NCBI GenBank assembly: GCA_963796965.1
Contig: CAWCNS010000007.1
Location: 224,001 to 288,000, forward strand
Direction of reading: 5' to 3'
DNA length: 64,000 nt
DNA from: Calditrichia bacterium
GTDB taxonomy: Bacteria; Calditrichota; Calditrichia; JAJRVZ01
Part shown: piece by piece, positions 45,038 to 54,657 of the stretch
How positions within the stretch are numbered: the first letter of the stretch is position 1
How the letters are laid out: every line of letters begins with the position of its first letter
The notes under the pieces: generated by a model
The model's input: only the letters and a program-made list of their open reading frames with translations
Database searches by the model: none
What the model was told of the DNA's origin: nothing
Program-made: the position numbers and the translations under genes

Positions 45038-45054
45038 TGCAAATATCATACCAG
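45038..45054 (-). promoter_or_regulatory. Sigma-54 (-24/-12) promoter of the TonB receptor-HmuY operon
   Basis: The minus strand reads CTGGTATGATATTTGCA (GG-N10-GC), about 30 nt upstream of the start codon. Confidence 0.75.
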
Positions 45055-45145
45055 AATGAAAACGTAAAAAGAAAGTGCATAAACGCCTTTATTTAAGTAT
45101 ATTATAAGAAAATATTAAAAATAAAATATTGAAAATTGTGCAAAT

Positions 45146-45185
45146 CATTTCAATATGAAACATGCTTGTGTCAATATGAAACATG
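45146..45185. promoter_or_regulatory. Two phased palindromic sites, putative enhancer (UAS)
   Basis: TCAATATGAAACATG exactly repeated at 45150 and 45171 (21-bp period); each approximates TGTTTCA-N3-TGAAACA. Confidence 0.65.
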
Positions 45186-46014
45186 GAATTTGATATGTTG
45201 TTTACAGTTTTAAGGGTTCTTTCGCCGTTTTTTTATTTACTTTCAGCAATTTATTTTTTCAAATTCTTTAGCAATCGCAATTTGAAGGATCTTCAGAGGG
45301 GAAATACGCTAGATGTGTTGGCGATAGTGCTTCATTTTTTATTTTTGGTAAGCCTCACATTGGAAAGCGGGCATCCGCCGTTGGCGGGTGCTTTTCAGGC
45401 GATGTCTACATTTATGCTATTTTTCGCAATTTTGTCAAAAGTGATTGCCCCCGATTCAAAAGACTATAGCATCGGTTTTTTTAATACAAGCCTATTGTTT
45501 GTTCTGCAATTGATCTCCGTAGTTAATATTTCCCCTTCCACCGTTCTTCCCGACATTTTAAAGAATGTCTATTTTGAAGTTCATGTCATCTTAAATCTAA
45601 TCGGCTATGCTTCTTTTTCATCTGCATTCCTTTTGTCCTTTATGTATTTATTGTTGTTTTATGAAATTAAGGGCAATCAACTGGGTTACTTTTACGACCG
45701 CCTTCCTTCATTGGCATATCTGGAAAAATTAAATCGCCGGGCTATTATAGTGGGATTTGTTTTTAGTACCCTGGGAATTTTTTCGGGTGCATTTACGGGG
45801 ATGTATGCCTGGGGTCAATTTTGGGCCTGGGATCCAAAACTGGTTTCCGCTACTCATTGCCTGGTTAGTCTATGGAGTAGCAATTATAGGCAGTTACAAA
45901 TATGGGTGGCCAGGAAAGAAAATAGCTTATATCAGTTTTCTAAGTTTTTTGTGGATAATTTTCTCAATGTTGGTTATAACGCAGTATTTTTCAGGTATTC
46001 ATTCTTTTGCTTAA
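45183..46014 (+). CDS. CcsA/HemX-like heme-handling membrane protein (apparent frameshift near 45850; start may be 45195)
   Basis: About 8 TMs, VHVIL, RLPSLAYLEKLN, WGQFWAWDPK (WWD motif), C-terminal IHSF. Confidence 0.88.
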
Positions 46015-46028
46015 CGGAATAAAAATTT

Positions 46029-47998
46029 ATGCATTTATATAGATTCAGACTTTCAGATAAATTTTATATAAAGCCCGCAGATAGTTCTTATTTACGTAGT
46101 ATATACCGCAGGATTAAAGATACCAATCAAGAAGAATTATTAATTATCAGAAAAGATAGAAATTTAGAGATTTTTCTTGTTGGTCAGAAGCCTGAGCATG
46201 TACGAAACAAATTTCTAAAATTATTTCACTCGGAATTAAGTAATAATGGTTTAGAAGCGACTGAAGAATTAAGTGATAGAGATGCGCTACGCTATTTTTT
46301 AGAGCTTGTATTAGGATTGCATTCAGGTTTACCTGCAGATCCAGCACAATTTTTGCATATTAAAGAGGAATTTAATCTTGCGCTCGATGAAGGATCTGTG
46401 GGGATATTTATATCAAATATGTATAGGGAAGCCGAAAGATTAGGAAATATCCTCCAGGCAGATCCTGTGATAAAAAAAAATTGCATCTCTTATCCTGATG
46501 TCTTGCTGGACATTTCTACTAAAATATCCGGTGATATAGGGGGTTTTCAGTTCATCATTCTTGGCAATGATAAAAAAATTATAAATCAATTCATTTCTGT
46601 GATAGGGACGGATAAAGAAAAAAAAATATATTATTATCATGAAGATTTTAATGAAGCTTACCGGGAGGGGATTGCCCTCGGATGTATTCCAATCGATAAC
46701 AAGCAATTGTTGAATATTCTTGATAAAAGTACTGTATTTATTGACTTTAGCAAATCAGACGGAAGCCTTCTTGACAATATTTTTAAACTAATTCAAGAAC
46801 ACCGTAATTTTCTGTATATCTATTTTAATTTTGTAAATAAAAAATTTGATGACCATGTTTTTAAGTTAAATAATCTATTTATACAAAATAGAAACCAAAT
46901 AGCCGGTTTGATTGATTTACATACACGAAACAGGATTCAATATTTAAATGCCTTTGACAGCAATATAGAAGATTCAATTAAACGTTTCTATGATTGGCTT
47001 TACTCTGCAGATAGATTTGTTTTTGAAAACATGGTATCCGCTGACAAAAGAATGCAAAAGGTATTTGAACTTATGCGGCGGATTGCTCCGTCTGATGTAA
47101 GTGTATTGATATCTGGAGAAACAGGTACAGGGAAAGAATTGATCGCCAGAGGCTCTGCATAGCCGATCACCGCGGGCCGATAAACCCTTTGTGGCTGTAA
47201 ACTGTAGTGCCATCCCGGATACACTATTAGAAAGTGAATTATTTGGATATGAAAAAGGTGCTTTTACCGGGGCTTATTCATCCAAGGTGGGGCTCGTGGA
47301 ATTGGCGTCCGGTGGAACTCTCTTTCTGGATGAAATTGGAGATCTTCCGCCTATTATTCAGGTGAAACTACTTCGTGTTTTACAGGAACGGGAAATATTA
47401 AGACTGGGGAGTACAAAACAAATTAAAGTGGATATTAGGTTGGTAACTGCCACAAATCAAGATCTGGAAGAGATGGCCATAGAAGGCAGGTTCCGTTCAG
47501 ATCTTTATTATCGTGTCAATACGGTTCAAATTAATTTACCTGCCTTAAGAGATCGGAAAGAAGACATTCCCTTACTTACTAATTACTTCGTAAATAGTTT
47601 GAATCGCAAATCAAATAAACATATAAGCAGAATTTCCCAAACGGTGGAACAAAAATTTGCAGATTATGATTGGCCGGGAAATATAAGAGAGTTAGAAAAT
47701 ATTATAGAAAGGGCCTTTGCGGTTTCTATTGGAGAGGAAATAACAGAATCTGATCTGCCAAATCGGCTACAGGAATTTGCTGGTGCTCAATTTGTGTTCT
47801 CAAGTAAGAAAGATATACAAGTGGAATCACTTAAAGAGACTTGAGGCCGCCCGGATTAAGGACCTCTTAATCAATAAAAATATAACACTTTCTGAATCAG
47901 CCAAGATCCTTGGTATAGGTCGAACGACTTTATGGCGAAAAATGAGGGAATACGGTATATACAAAAATGAATCTGAGGGAAAATTTGACATCCGGTAA
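46029..47998 (+). CDS. Sigma-54 enhancer-binding protein with a degenerate glutamyl-tRNA reductase-like N-terminal domain (apparent frameshifts near 47150 and 47835)
   Basis: [48 protein letters not shown], Fis-type [19 protein letters not shown]; the N-terminal 325 aa follow the HemA motif order. Confidence 0.88.
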
Positions 47999-48929
47999 AA
48001 CTGATTCCAATATTGCTATTATTGTCCATGGTGGTGCCTGGGATATACCCATACCGTTTCACGAATCACATCTATCAGGAGTAGAGAAGGCGGTTAGGGA
48101 GGGGCATCGCTGTCTTTTGGAAGGTAATAATGCCGTTTATTCTGCGATACTTGCCGTAAAAATGATGGAGAATGATCCCACATTTGATGCTGGTCATGGC
48201 TCCTTTCTTAACCGAAACGGTGAGGTCGAAATGGATGCGATTATTATGGACGGGTCAGATCTCTCTTTCGGAGCAGTTGCGGCCATACAAAATGTAAAGA
48301 ATCCAATTGAAGTTGCGGAGCTGGTACGTATAAAAACGGATCATTCTTTTCTGGTTGGAAGCGGAGCATCGCAGTTTGCGAGGGAGAATGGTATATCTTT
48401 CTATCCAACTGAAAATCTTTTGGTAGGCAGAGAGCTGGAAAGGTTTGAGGAGTTAAAACTCAAAAAAAATATAAAAACCCGAGAATTCTTCGAATCCGAG
48501 GGCCCATCAGATACTGTTGGCGCAGTAACTATCGATAAATATGGTAATATTGCGGTCGCGACATCCACAGGCGGTACTCCTAATAAATTACCAGGACGCG
48601 TAGGAGATAGCCCCTTGATCGGGAGTGGGGCCTATGCAGATAATACGATCGGTGGTGCTTCTTCTACCGGATGGGGTGAATCGCTTATGAAAGTTGTGTT
48701 GGCAAAAACAATCCTTGATAATATTTCGCACGATAAAAATGCTACTGAGGCCTGTAGGAATGGAATTGGGAATCTTTCAAAACGGGTGGATGGAAAGGGA
48801 GGCGTCATTTGCCTTGACCGGTATGGTAAGGTGGGGTATGCCTTCAATACACCTTATATGGCCAGAGCCATAGCCGATCATAGTGGTGTGGTCCATATTG
48901 GTATAAGATCTGAAGAATTGGTTGATTGA
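47967..48929 (+). CDS. iaaA: Isoaspartyl peptidase / L-asparaginase (Ntn hydrolase)
   Basis: IIVHGGA, EMDA, DTVGAV, TSTGG, GRVGDSP. Confidence 0.92.
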   Translation: MNLRENLTSGKTDSNIAIIVHGGAWDIPIPFHESHLSGVEKAVREGHRCLLEGNNAVYSAILAVKMMENDPTFDAGHGSFLNRNGEVEMDAIIMDGSDLSFGAVAAIQNVKNPIEVAELVRIKTDHSFLVGSGASQFARENGISFYPTENLLVGRELERFEELKLKKNIKTREFFESEGPSDTVGAVTIDKYGNIAVATSTGGTPNKLPGRVGDSPLIGSGAYADNTIGGASSTGWGESLMKVVLAKTILDNISHDKNATEACRNGIGNLSKRVDGKGGVICLDRYGKVGYAFNTPYMARAIADHSGVVHIGIRSEELVD

Positions 48930-48932
48930 ATC

Positions 48933-49769
48933 ATGAAATTTAAGACACTTATAAGTTTCTATCTGCTTGCACGTCCTGCCAACGTTTTGATTGCCTTTCT
49001 CACTATCATAATTGCGGCAAAACTTGCAGGAGGCTTAGATCCAATTGGTAATGTCCTCCTGGCTGCGGTGTCAGCCTCCCTGATCATGATTGGCGCCAAT
49101 ATTATCAACGATTATTACGATATAGATATTGATAAAATTAATAAACCACACCGTCCACTTGCCAACGGAACTATATCTACTAAGCAAGCATTGGTTTATT
49201 GTTCTGTGGTTTTCGTTATTGCCTGGTTATGCGCTGCGGCTATCAATCTGGAAATGTTTTTAATAGCCTCTTTTTTTAGTTTACTTTTAATTCTCTATAG
49301 TTATCGCCTAAAAAGAACCATTATTTGGGGAAATCTGGTTGTTAGTGTAACAACCGCGATGGCCTTTGTTTATGGAGGCGGCGCCGTTGGTAATTATCAA
49401 AAGACTCTTTTTCCTGCTGCTTTTGCATTTCTTTTTCATTTTGGACGTGAGATTTTAAAAGATATTCAGGATATGGAAGGGGATGAGAAGAACGGTGCTA
49501 TTACTTATCCAATTAAATATGGCATTCACAATTCTGTTGTTCTGATCATGATAGATTTTATTTTGTTGATAATTCTGACAATAATTCCTTATATTTTGAA
49601 TATATATTCTGAAAAATATTTTATAGTTATATGCATCGGAATCTATCCCATACTCACCTATGTATTGTGGCAAGCATATAATAAACCGAATCCTCACAGG
49701 ATTGGATATTTAAGCAACTTGCTAAAAGCGGATATGCTTATCGGACTTCTGGCAATATACTTGGGTTAA
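48933..49769 (+). CDS. UbiA-family prenyltransferase, DGGGP-synthase-like
   Basis: LARPAN, INDYYDIDIDKINKPHRPL, REILKDIQDMEGD. Confidence 0.85.
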   Translation: MKFKTLISFYLLARPANVLIAFLTIIIAAKLAGGLDPIGNVLLAAVSASLIMIGANIINDYYDIDIDKINKPHRPLANGTISTKQALVYCSVVFVIAWLCAAAINLEMFLIASFFSLLLILYSYRLKRTIIWGNLVVSVTTAMAFVYGGGAVGNYQKTLFPAAFAFLFHFGREILKDIQDMEGDEKNGAITYPIKYGIHNSVVLIMIDFILLIILTIIPYILNIYSEKYFIVICIGIYPILTYVLWQAYNKPNPHRIGYLSNLLKADMLIGLLAIYLG

Positions 49770-49771
49770 AT

Positions 49772-50371
49772 ATGTTATCTTTGTTAAAAAATCTTGATGA
49801 ATATGAGATTGTTCTAGCCTCTGAATCACCGCGTCGATTTGAGTTATTAAAAATGATAGGACTTGATTTTAAAGTACGCCCAAGTCACATTGAAGAACTC
49901 AATAGAAATAATCTCTCACCTGTTGAATATGTCATCGAAAATGCACAAATGAAAGGTAAGGTAGTAGCGGAGAAAGCACCGCGCGCCATCGTAATTTCAG
50001 CCGATACCATAGTCGTTTATAAATCTGAAATTCTTGAGAAACCTCATGATGAATCTCATGCCCGAGAAATATTAAGACGTCTTAGTGACAATACGCATGA
50101 GGTAATTACGGGCTTTGGTATTACGTATCTTCACAAAGACAAAACTGTTTTTGATTATGAAAAAACAAAAGTTACCTTCAGAAATCTTAGCCAGGGTGAG
50201 ATTAGGGCATATGTAAACAGTGGGGAGCCATTTGATAAGGCAGGAGGATATGGTGCCCAGGGCATGGGTTCTTTGTTGATTAAAAAGGTTGATGGATGTT
50301 TTTTTAACGTAGTAGGACTACCGCTCGCTAAATTTTTCTTCACACTTGATAAATTCTTGACGCAATTATAA
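49772..50371 (+). CDS. maf: Maf-family nucleotide pyrophosphatase
   Basis: LASESPRR, ADTIV, DKAGGYG, NVVGLP. Confidence 0.95.
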   Translation: MLSLLKNLDEYEIVLASESPRRFELLKMIGLDFKVRPSHIEELNRNNLSPVEYVIENAQMKGKVVAEKAPRAIVISADTIVVYKSEILEKPHDESHAREILRRLSDNTHEVITGFGITYLHKDKTVFDYEKTKVTFRNLSQGEIRAYVNSGEPFDKAGGYGAQGMGSLLIKKVDGCFFNVVGLPLAKFFFTLDKFLTQL

Positions 50372-50480
50372 TTTTACTAAAATTAAAGTCATTAAATACG
50401 TGATATTGAATTTAAAAATCTACGACACATGATAGTATGAAATCATCTCGTCACGATCATATCCTGTTTGGAATGCAAAT

Positions 50481-50924
50481 ATGATGTTTAATCAAGAAAT
50501 AACAACAAAGATCTTAGTGGTGGATGATGATCCTAATATGATAAATCTGATTAAGTTTTATCTGGTAAAGGATAATGTGGAAATTACAGCTTCCAATGAT
50601 GGTATAGATGCATTAACTATACTTGCCAATCAATCCTTTGATTTGATTCTTATCGATATGTTGATGCCCAAAATGGATGGCCGAACGCTTCTCAAAAATA
50701 TAATACATGAATATAATATCAAAGTACCGGTCATTGTTGTCACTGCACATGGACCTACCGACAATCTAATGGAATTGATAGAAGAAGGTGCCTACGATAT
50801 TCTTCAAAAACCTTTCACAACAAACCGCTTAAAATTAACTCTCCACAATGCTCTCAAGCACAAAGCTCTTTCCGAAGCATACGAAGAATCAATTGTTGCT
50901 AATACCAAAGGTAGTCTTTCTTAA
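50481..50924 (+). CDS. Stand-alone response regulator receiver protein
   Basis: ILVVDDD, ILIDMLMPKMDG, VTAHG, QKPF. Confidence 0.9.
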   Translation: MMFNQEITTKILVVDDDPNMINLIKFYLVKDNVEITASNDGIDALTILANQSFDLILIDMLMPKMDGRTLLKNIIHEYNIKVPVIVVTAHGPTDNLMELIEEGAYDILQKPFTTNRLKLTLHNALKHKALSEAYEESIVANTKGSLS

Positions 50925-52528
50925 TGGGGGCCGAGACTGATTTTTTAGTAATCGGCAGTGGGATAGCTGGGTTAAGTTTTGCTTTAAATGCAGCAAAATT
51001 TGGCCATGTTATTATCATAACAAAAAAGGATGACAAGGAGTCCAATACCAATTATGCCCAGGGCGGAATTGCCTCGGTAATGGATAAAAGCGATAGTTTT
51101 GCCTCACATATTGAAGATACATTAAAGGCGGGCGCAGATTTATGTCATAGAGAAGCAGTCAAATTTATGGTGGAAAATGGCCCCTCATCCATTAAAAACT
51201 TAATTGAAACAGGTGTAAAATTTTCACATGAAAAGGACAATGAACTTGCCCTCACCAGGGAAGGTGGACATTCCAAAGATAGGATTGTCCATGCCTATGA
51301 TTATACGGGTAGAGAGATTGAGCGCGCTCTTCTTGCAAAAGCAAAAGGAAATCCAAAAATTGAGATATATGAAAATCATATTGCTATTGATCTGATCACG
51401 GAACACCAGACCGACATTAAGGATTATAGCAAGGGTGTTCATTGCTGGGGTGCCTATGTTCTGGATATTGATAATAATTCTGTTAAAACAATCAAAGCTT
51501 CTGCAACATTATTATCAACCGGGGGATGTGGACAAGTATATTTGCACACGACCAATCCCTCTATCGCAACAGGTGATGGGGTCGCCATGGCCTACCGGGC
51601 GGGTGCTCAAATTGCAAATATGGAATTTATGCAATTTCATCCTACAACCTTATACTATGAAGGAAACCGGTCATTCCTAATTTCTGAAGCGGTCAGGGGA
51701 TACGGAGCAGTCTTAAGAAATCAATCTGGAGAAGCCTTTATGGCAAAATATCACAAAAGCGGGGAATTAGCTCCAAGAGATATTGTTGCCCGTGCTATCG
51801 ATCGCGAGATGAAAATCAGCGGTGATCCATGTGTATATCTTGACCTTACTCATAAAAATGCTAATGCAATTAGTAAAAGATTTCCAAATATTTATACACA
51901 ATGTCTTGAGTATAAGATTGATATTACTTCTGAGTGGATTCCTGTCGTTCCAGCTGCCCATTATATGTGCGGAGGAGTAATGGTGGATATGGTTGGGAAA
52001 ACATCAATACAGGGATTATTTGCATGCGGTGAAGTTGCATTTACAGGGGTTCATGGAGCCAACCGGTTGGCAAGTAACTCACTACTTGAAGCGGTTGTTT
52101 TTAGTCAGGTTGCAGTAGGTGCGGCAGGGGATTATGCGAAAGATCAGAAGGGAAAAATACCCGAAATATTTTCCTGGAACCAGGAAGGCACTTTTAACCA
52201 GGATGAGTGGGTTTTCCTGGTTCATGACCGACATGTTATCAGAGAAGTAATGTGGGATTATGTTGGAATTGTAAGATCTGATTTCAGGTTGGACCGTGCT
52301 AAAAGACGGGTGGATATTTTTGCCTCTGAGATTGAAGATTTTTATAAAAAGACCGTAGTTACAAATGATTTAATCGAGCTAAGGAATATCGCAACCGTAG
52401 CTCAGCTTATTATTCAATCAGCACGTAAACGAAAAGAAAGCAGGGGGCTTCATTATAATACGGATTATCCTGGAAAAGATGATCGTCACCAAAAAACAGA
52501 TACAATTCTATCACATCCGGTATTTTAA
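50924..52528 (+). CDS. nadB: L-aspartate oxidase
   Basis: GSGIAG, YAQGGIA, REGGHS, QFHPT, AHYMCGG, HGANRLASNSLLE. Confidence 0.96.
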   Translation: MGAETDFLVIGSGIAGLSFALNAAKFGHVIIITKKDDKESNTNYAQGGIASVMDKSDSFASHIEDTLKAGADLCHREAVKFMVENGPSSIKNLIETGVKFSHEKDNELALTREGGHSKDRIVHAYDYTGREIERALLAKAKGNPKIEIYENHIAIDLITEHQTDIKDYSKGVHCWGAYVLDIDNNSVKTIKASATLLSTGGCGQVYLHTTNPSIATGDGVAMAYRAGAQIANMEFMQFHPTTLYYEGNRSFLISEAVRGYGAVLRNQSGEAFMAKYHKSGELAPRDIVARAIDREMKISGDPCVYLDLTHKNANAISKRFPNIYTQCLEYKIDITSEWIPVVPAAHYMCGGVMVDMVGKTSIQGLFACGEVAFTGVHGANRLASNSLLEAVVFSQVAVGAAGDYAKDQKGKIPEIFSWNQEGTFNQDEWVFLVHDRHVIREVMWDYVGIVRSDFRLDRAKRRVDIFASEIEDFYKKTVVTNDLIELRNIATVAQLIIQSARKRKESRGLHYNTDYPGKDDRHQKTDTILSHPVF

Positions 52529-53742
52529 TGGAAATTATAATAAGTTCAATCGGATTGATATTGTCCTTTATTTTTGCTGGATCAGAAACGGCGTATATTT
52601 CAACGAATCCTATCAGGGTAGAGATCTGGATCAGAAAAAATATAAAGTCAGCTGGTTTGGCGAAGAAATATTTCAAGAATCCTGATCTATATCTTTCAAC
52701 AACCCTTGTGGGTAATAATCTGGCCAATGTGTTAACAACCTCTTATGCCACCGTATATCTTATAACATTTTGGGACGAAACCCTGGCGTGGATCGTGATT
52801 ACTTTTACAATTCTCCTTTTTGGGGAAATTGTACCCAAGGTATTATTTCGTTCCTATGCGAATTTTGCTATTTTAAAAGTGCTTTATATCATTAGATTCT
52901 TTCACTTCATATTAAATCCTTTAATTCTCTTTGCTTCACGGGTGAGCACAGCCATTTTAAGAATATTTAAAGTAACCACCGATACAGAGGATATAATATT
53001 TGATAAGAAAGAGATAATGGTACTGGTAAACGAGGCGATTATAGCTGGTGTTGTGGATAAGGAAGAGCAGAAAATTATCTCACGTGTACTTACTTTGCCG
53101 GATACGATGGTCCGTGAGGCCATGGTACCAAGAACAGCTATTGAGGCTATAGAAGAGACAAGTTCTGTGGAAGACTTGTATCAGTTAATTACAAAAACAG
53201 GTAAATCGAAAATTCCTGTTTACAAATCTACCATTGATAACGTAACCGGTGTTATATTTTTCTTCGATCTGTTGCAAAAAGAAAAAAATCTTAAAGATCT
53301 TATCAGGCCTGTCAGATATGTACCTGAAAATAAAAAATGTAATGAACTTTTAAGAGAGTTCCAGCAGACAAATATCAGCATTGCAATTGTGGTAGATGAG
53401 TACGGTGGTACAGCTGGTATTGTTACGTTTGAAGATCTTGTTGAGGAATTATTTGGTGAATTTGATGAGTCAAACAGACAGGAAATTGAACCAATAGTAA
53501 GAGTCAATCAAAATACGTGGAAGATTCAAGCAGATGAAGAAATTGATGTCATAAATGAACAATTGGAAACCAATCTACCGGAAGGGGAATATGAGACGAT
53601 TGCAGGGTTTGTTCTTGCCAGATTAGGCAGAATTCCTGAAAGCGGGGAAAAGATTATCCTCAAGGATTGTACTATTATAGTAACAATCGCCACCCCTATA
53701 AAAATTATCCAGGTGCGTTTAGTAAAAAAGCTGATTGAATAA
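52528..53742 (+). CDS. CNNM/HlyC-CorC family membrane protein (DUF21-CBS-CorC)
   Basis: FAGSETA, LVGNN, FGEIVPK, VVDEYGGTAGIVTFEDLVEE. Confidence 0.92.
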   Translation: MEIIISSIGLILSFIFAGSETAYISTNPIRVEIWIRKNIKSAGLAKKYFKNPDLYLSTTLVGNNLANVLTTSYATVYLITFWDETLAWIVITFTILLFGEIVPKVLFRSYANFAILKVLYIIRFFHFILNPLILFASRVSTAILRIFKVTTDTEDIIFDKKEIMVLVNEAIIAGVVDKEEQKIISRVLTLPDTMVREAMVPRTAIEAIEETSSVEDLYQLITKTGKSKIPVYKSTIDNVTGVIFFFDLLQKEKNLKDLIRPVRYVPENKKCNELLREFQQTNISIAIVVDEYGGTAGIVTFEDLVEELFGEFDESNRQEIEPIVRVNQNTWKIQADEEIDVINEQLETNLPEGEYETIAGFVLARLGRIPESGEKIILKDCTIIVTIATPIKIIQVRLVKKLIE

Positions 53743-53822
53743 ATCATTGAAAATAATATGAGGACATCTTAAGTTAAATTAATTAGACAAAGCAGTGACA
53801 CTACAACAAGTGGAGAATATAA

Positions 53823-54510
53823 ATGTACAAAGATCTTTTGACCATATTTAAAAAGGATGATTTGCTGGATATGGCCTATGACCGAACCTATGACATGATA
53901 GAAATTACCCGGAAAATGTTTTTAGAAGTAAAGGCTCGCTTACGAGAGGATAAAAATTATAAATTTAGTCTTTGATGTCAAAGATCGGGATATTGCAGTA
54001 AATAAGTATGAAAGGGAGGTGCGGCGGAAAGTATTTAATCATTTATGTGTCTCAGGCGTGGAGGACCTAAATTCAGGATTAATTCTTATAAGTATTATTA
54101 TCGATATTGAAAGAATTGGTGATTACACAAAGAACATGGTTGAACTCGCTGAATCTTTGGATTCATGCCTCACGGGGGGGAAATTTAAGGACGATATATT
54201 TAAAATTGAAAATGCAGTTGAAGATACCTTTAAAAGGATTCGCATCGCATTTGAGCTTGGTGATGAGAAAGATGCCGAGGCTATCCTTACAGAGTATAAT
54301 TGGGTAAATAGACTCTGTGACCAACGCGTCAATGATTATTTAAACGAAAATGATAATACAATAAGCAGTGGGGAGAGTGTGGCCCTCACATTGTATTTTA
54401 GATATCTTAAGAGAATCAATTCTCATTTGAGAAATATCGCGACCAGTGTTGTCAATCCATTTCATAGAATAGGATTTAGTGTAAAACCTAAAAAGAAAAA
54501 TAAGCTTTAA
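53823..54510 (+). CDS. PhoU-domain protein (apparent frameshift near 53970)
   Basis: DIAVNKYEREVRRKV, DIERIGDYTKN, LKRINSH; upstream of a Na/Pi transporter. Confidence 0.82.
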
Positions 54511-54657
54511 AAAAAGTGTATTGGCTCGATAAAGACTTCACTTAAAAAATTTATAACTCAGGTTCAAATTTAAAAAATATACATGCTTATTTTTCCTGGA
54601 TGATGCTTTGAGAGTAACGCGGCTAAAGATATATAAAAATAAATCTAAAGGTATGCA

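Noticed and set aside
45008..45182. Fur box or cobalamin riboswitch upstream of the TonB receptor
   Set aside because: No convincing GATAATGATAATCATTATC-like site, and the predicted leader is too short and AT-rich for a riboswitch
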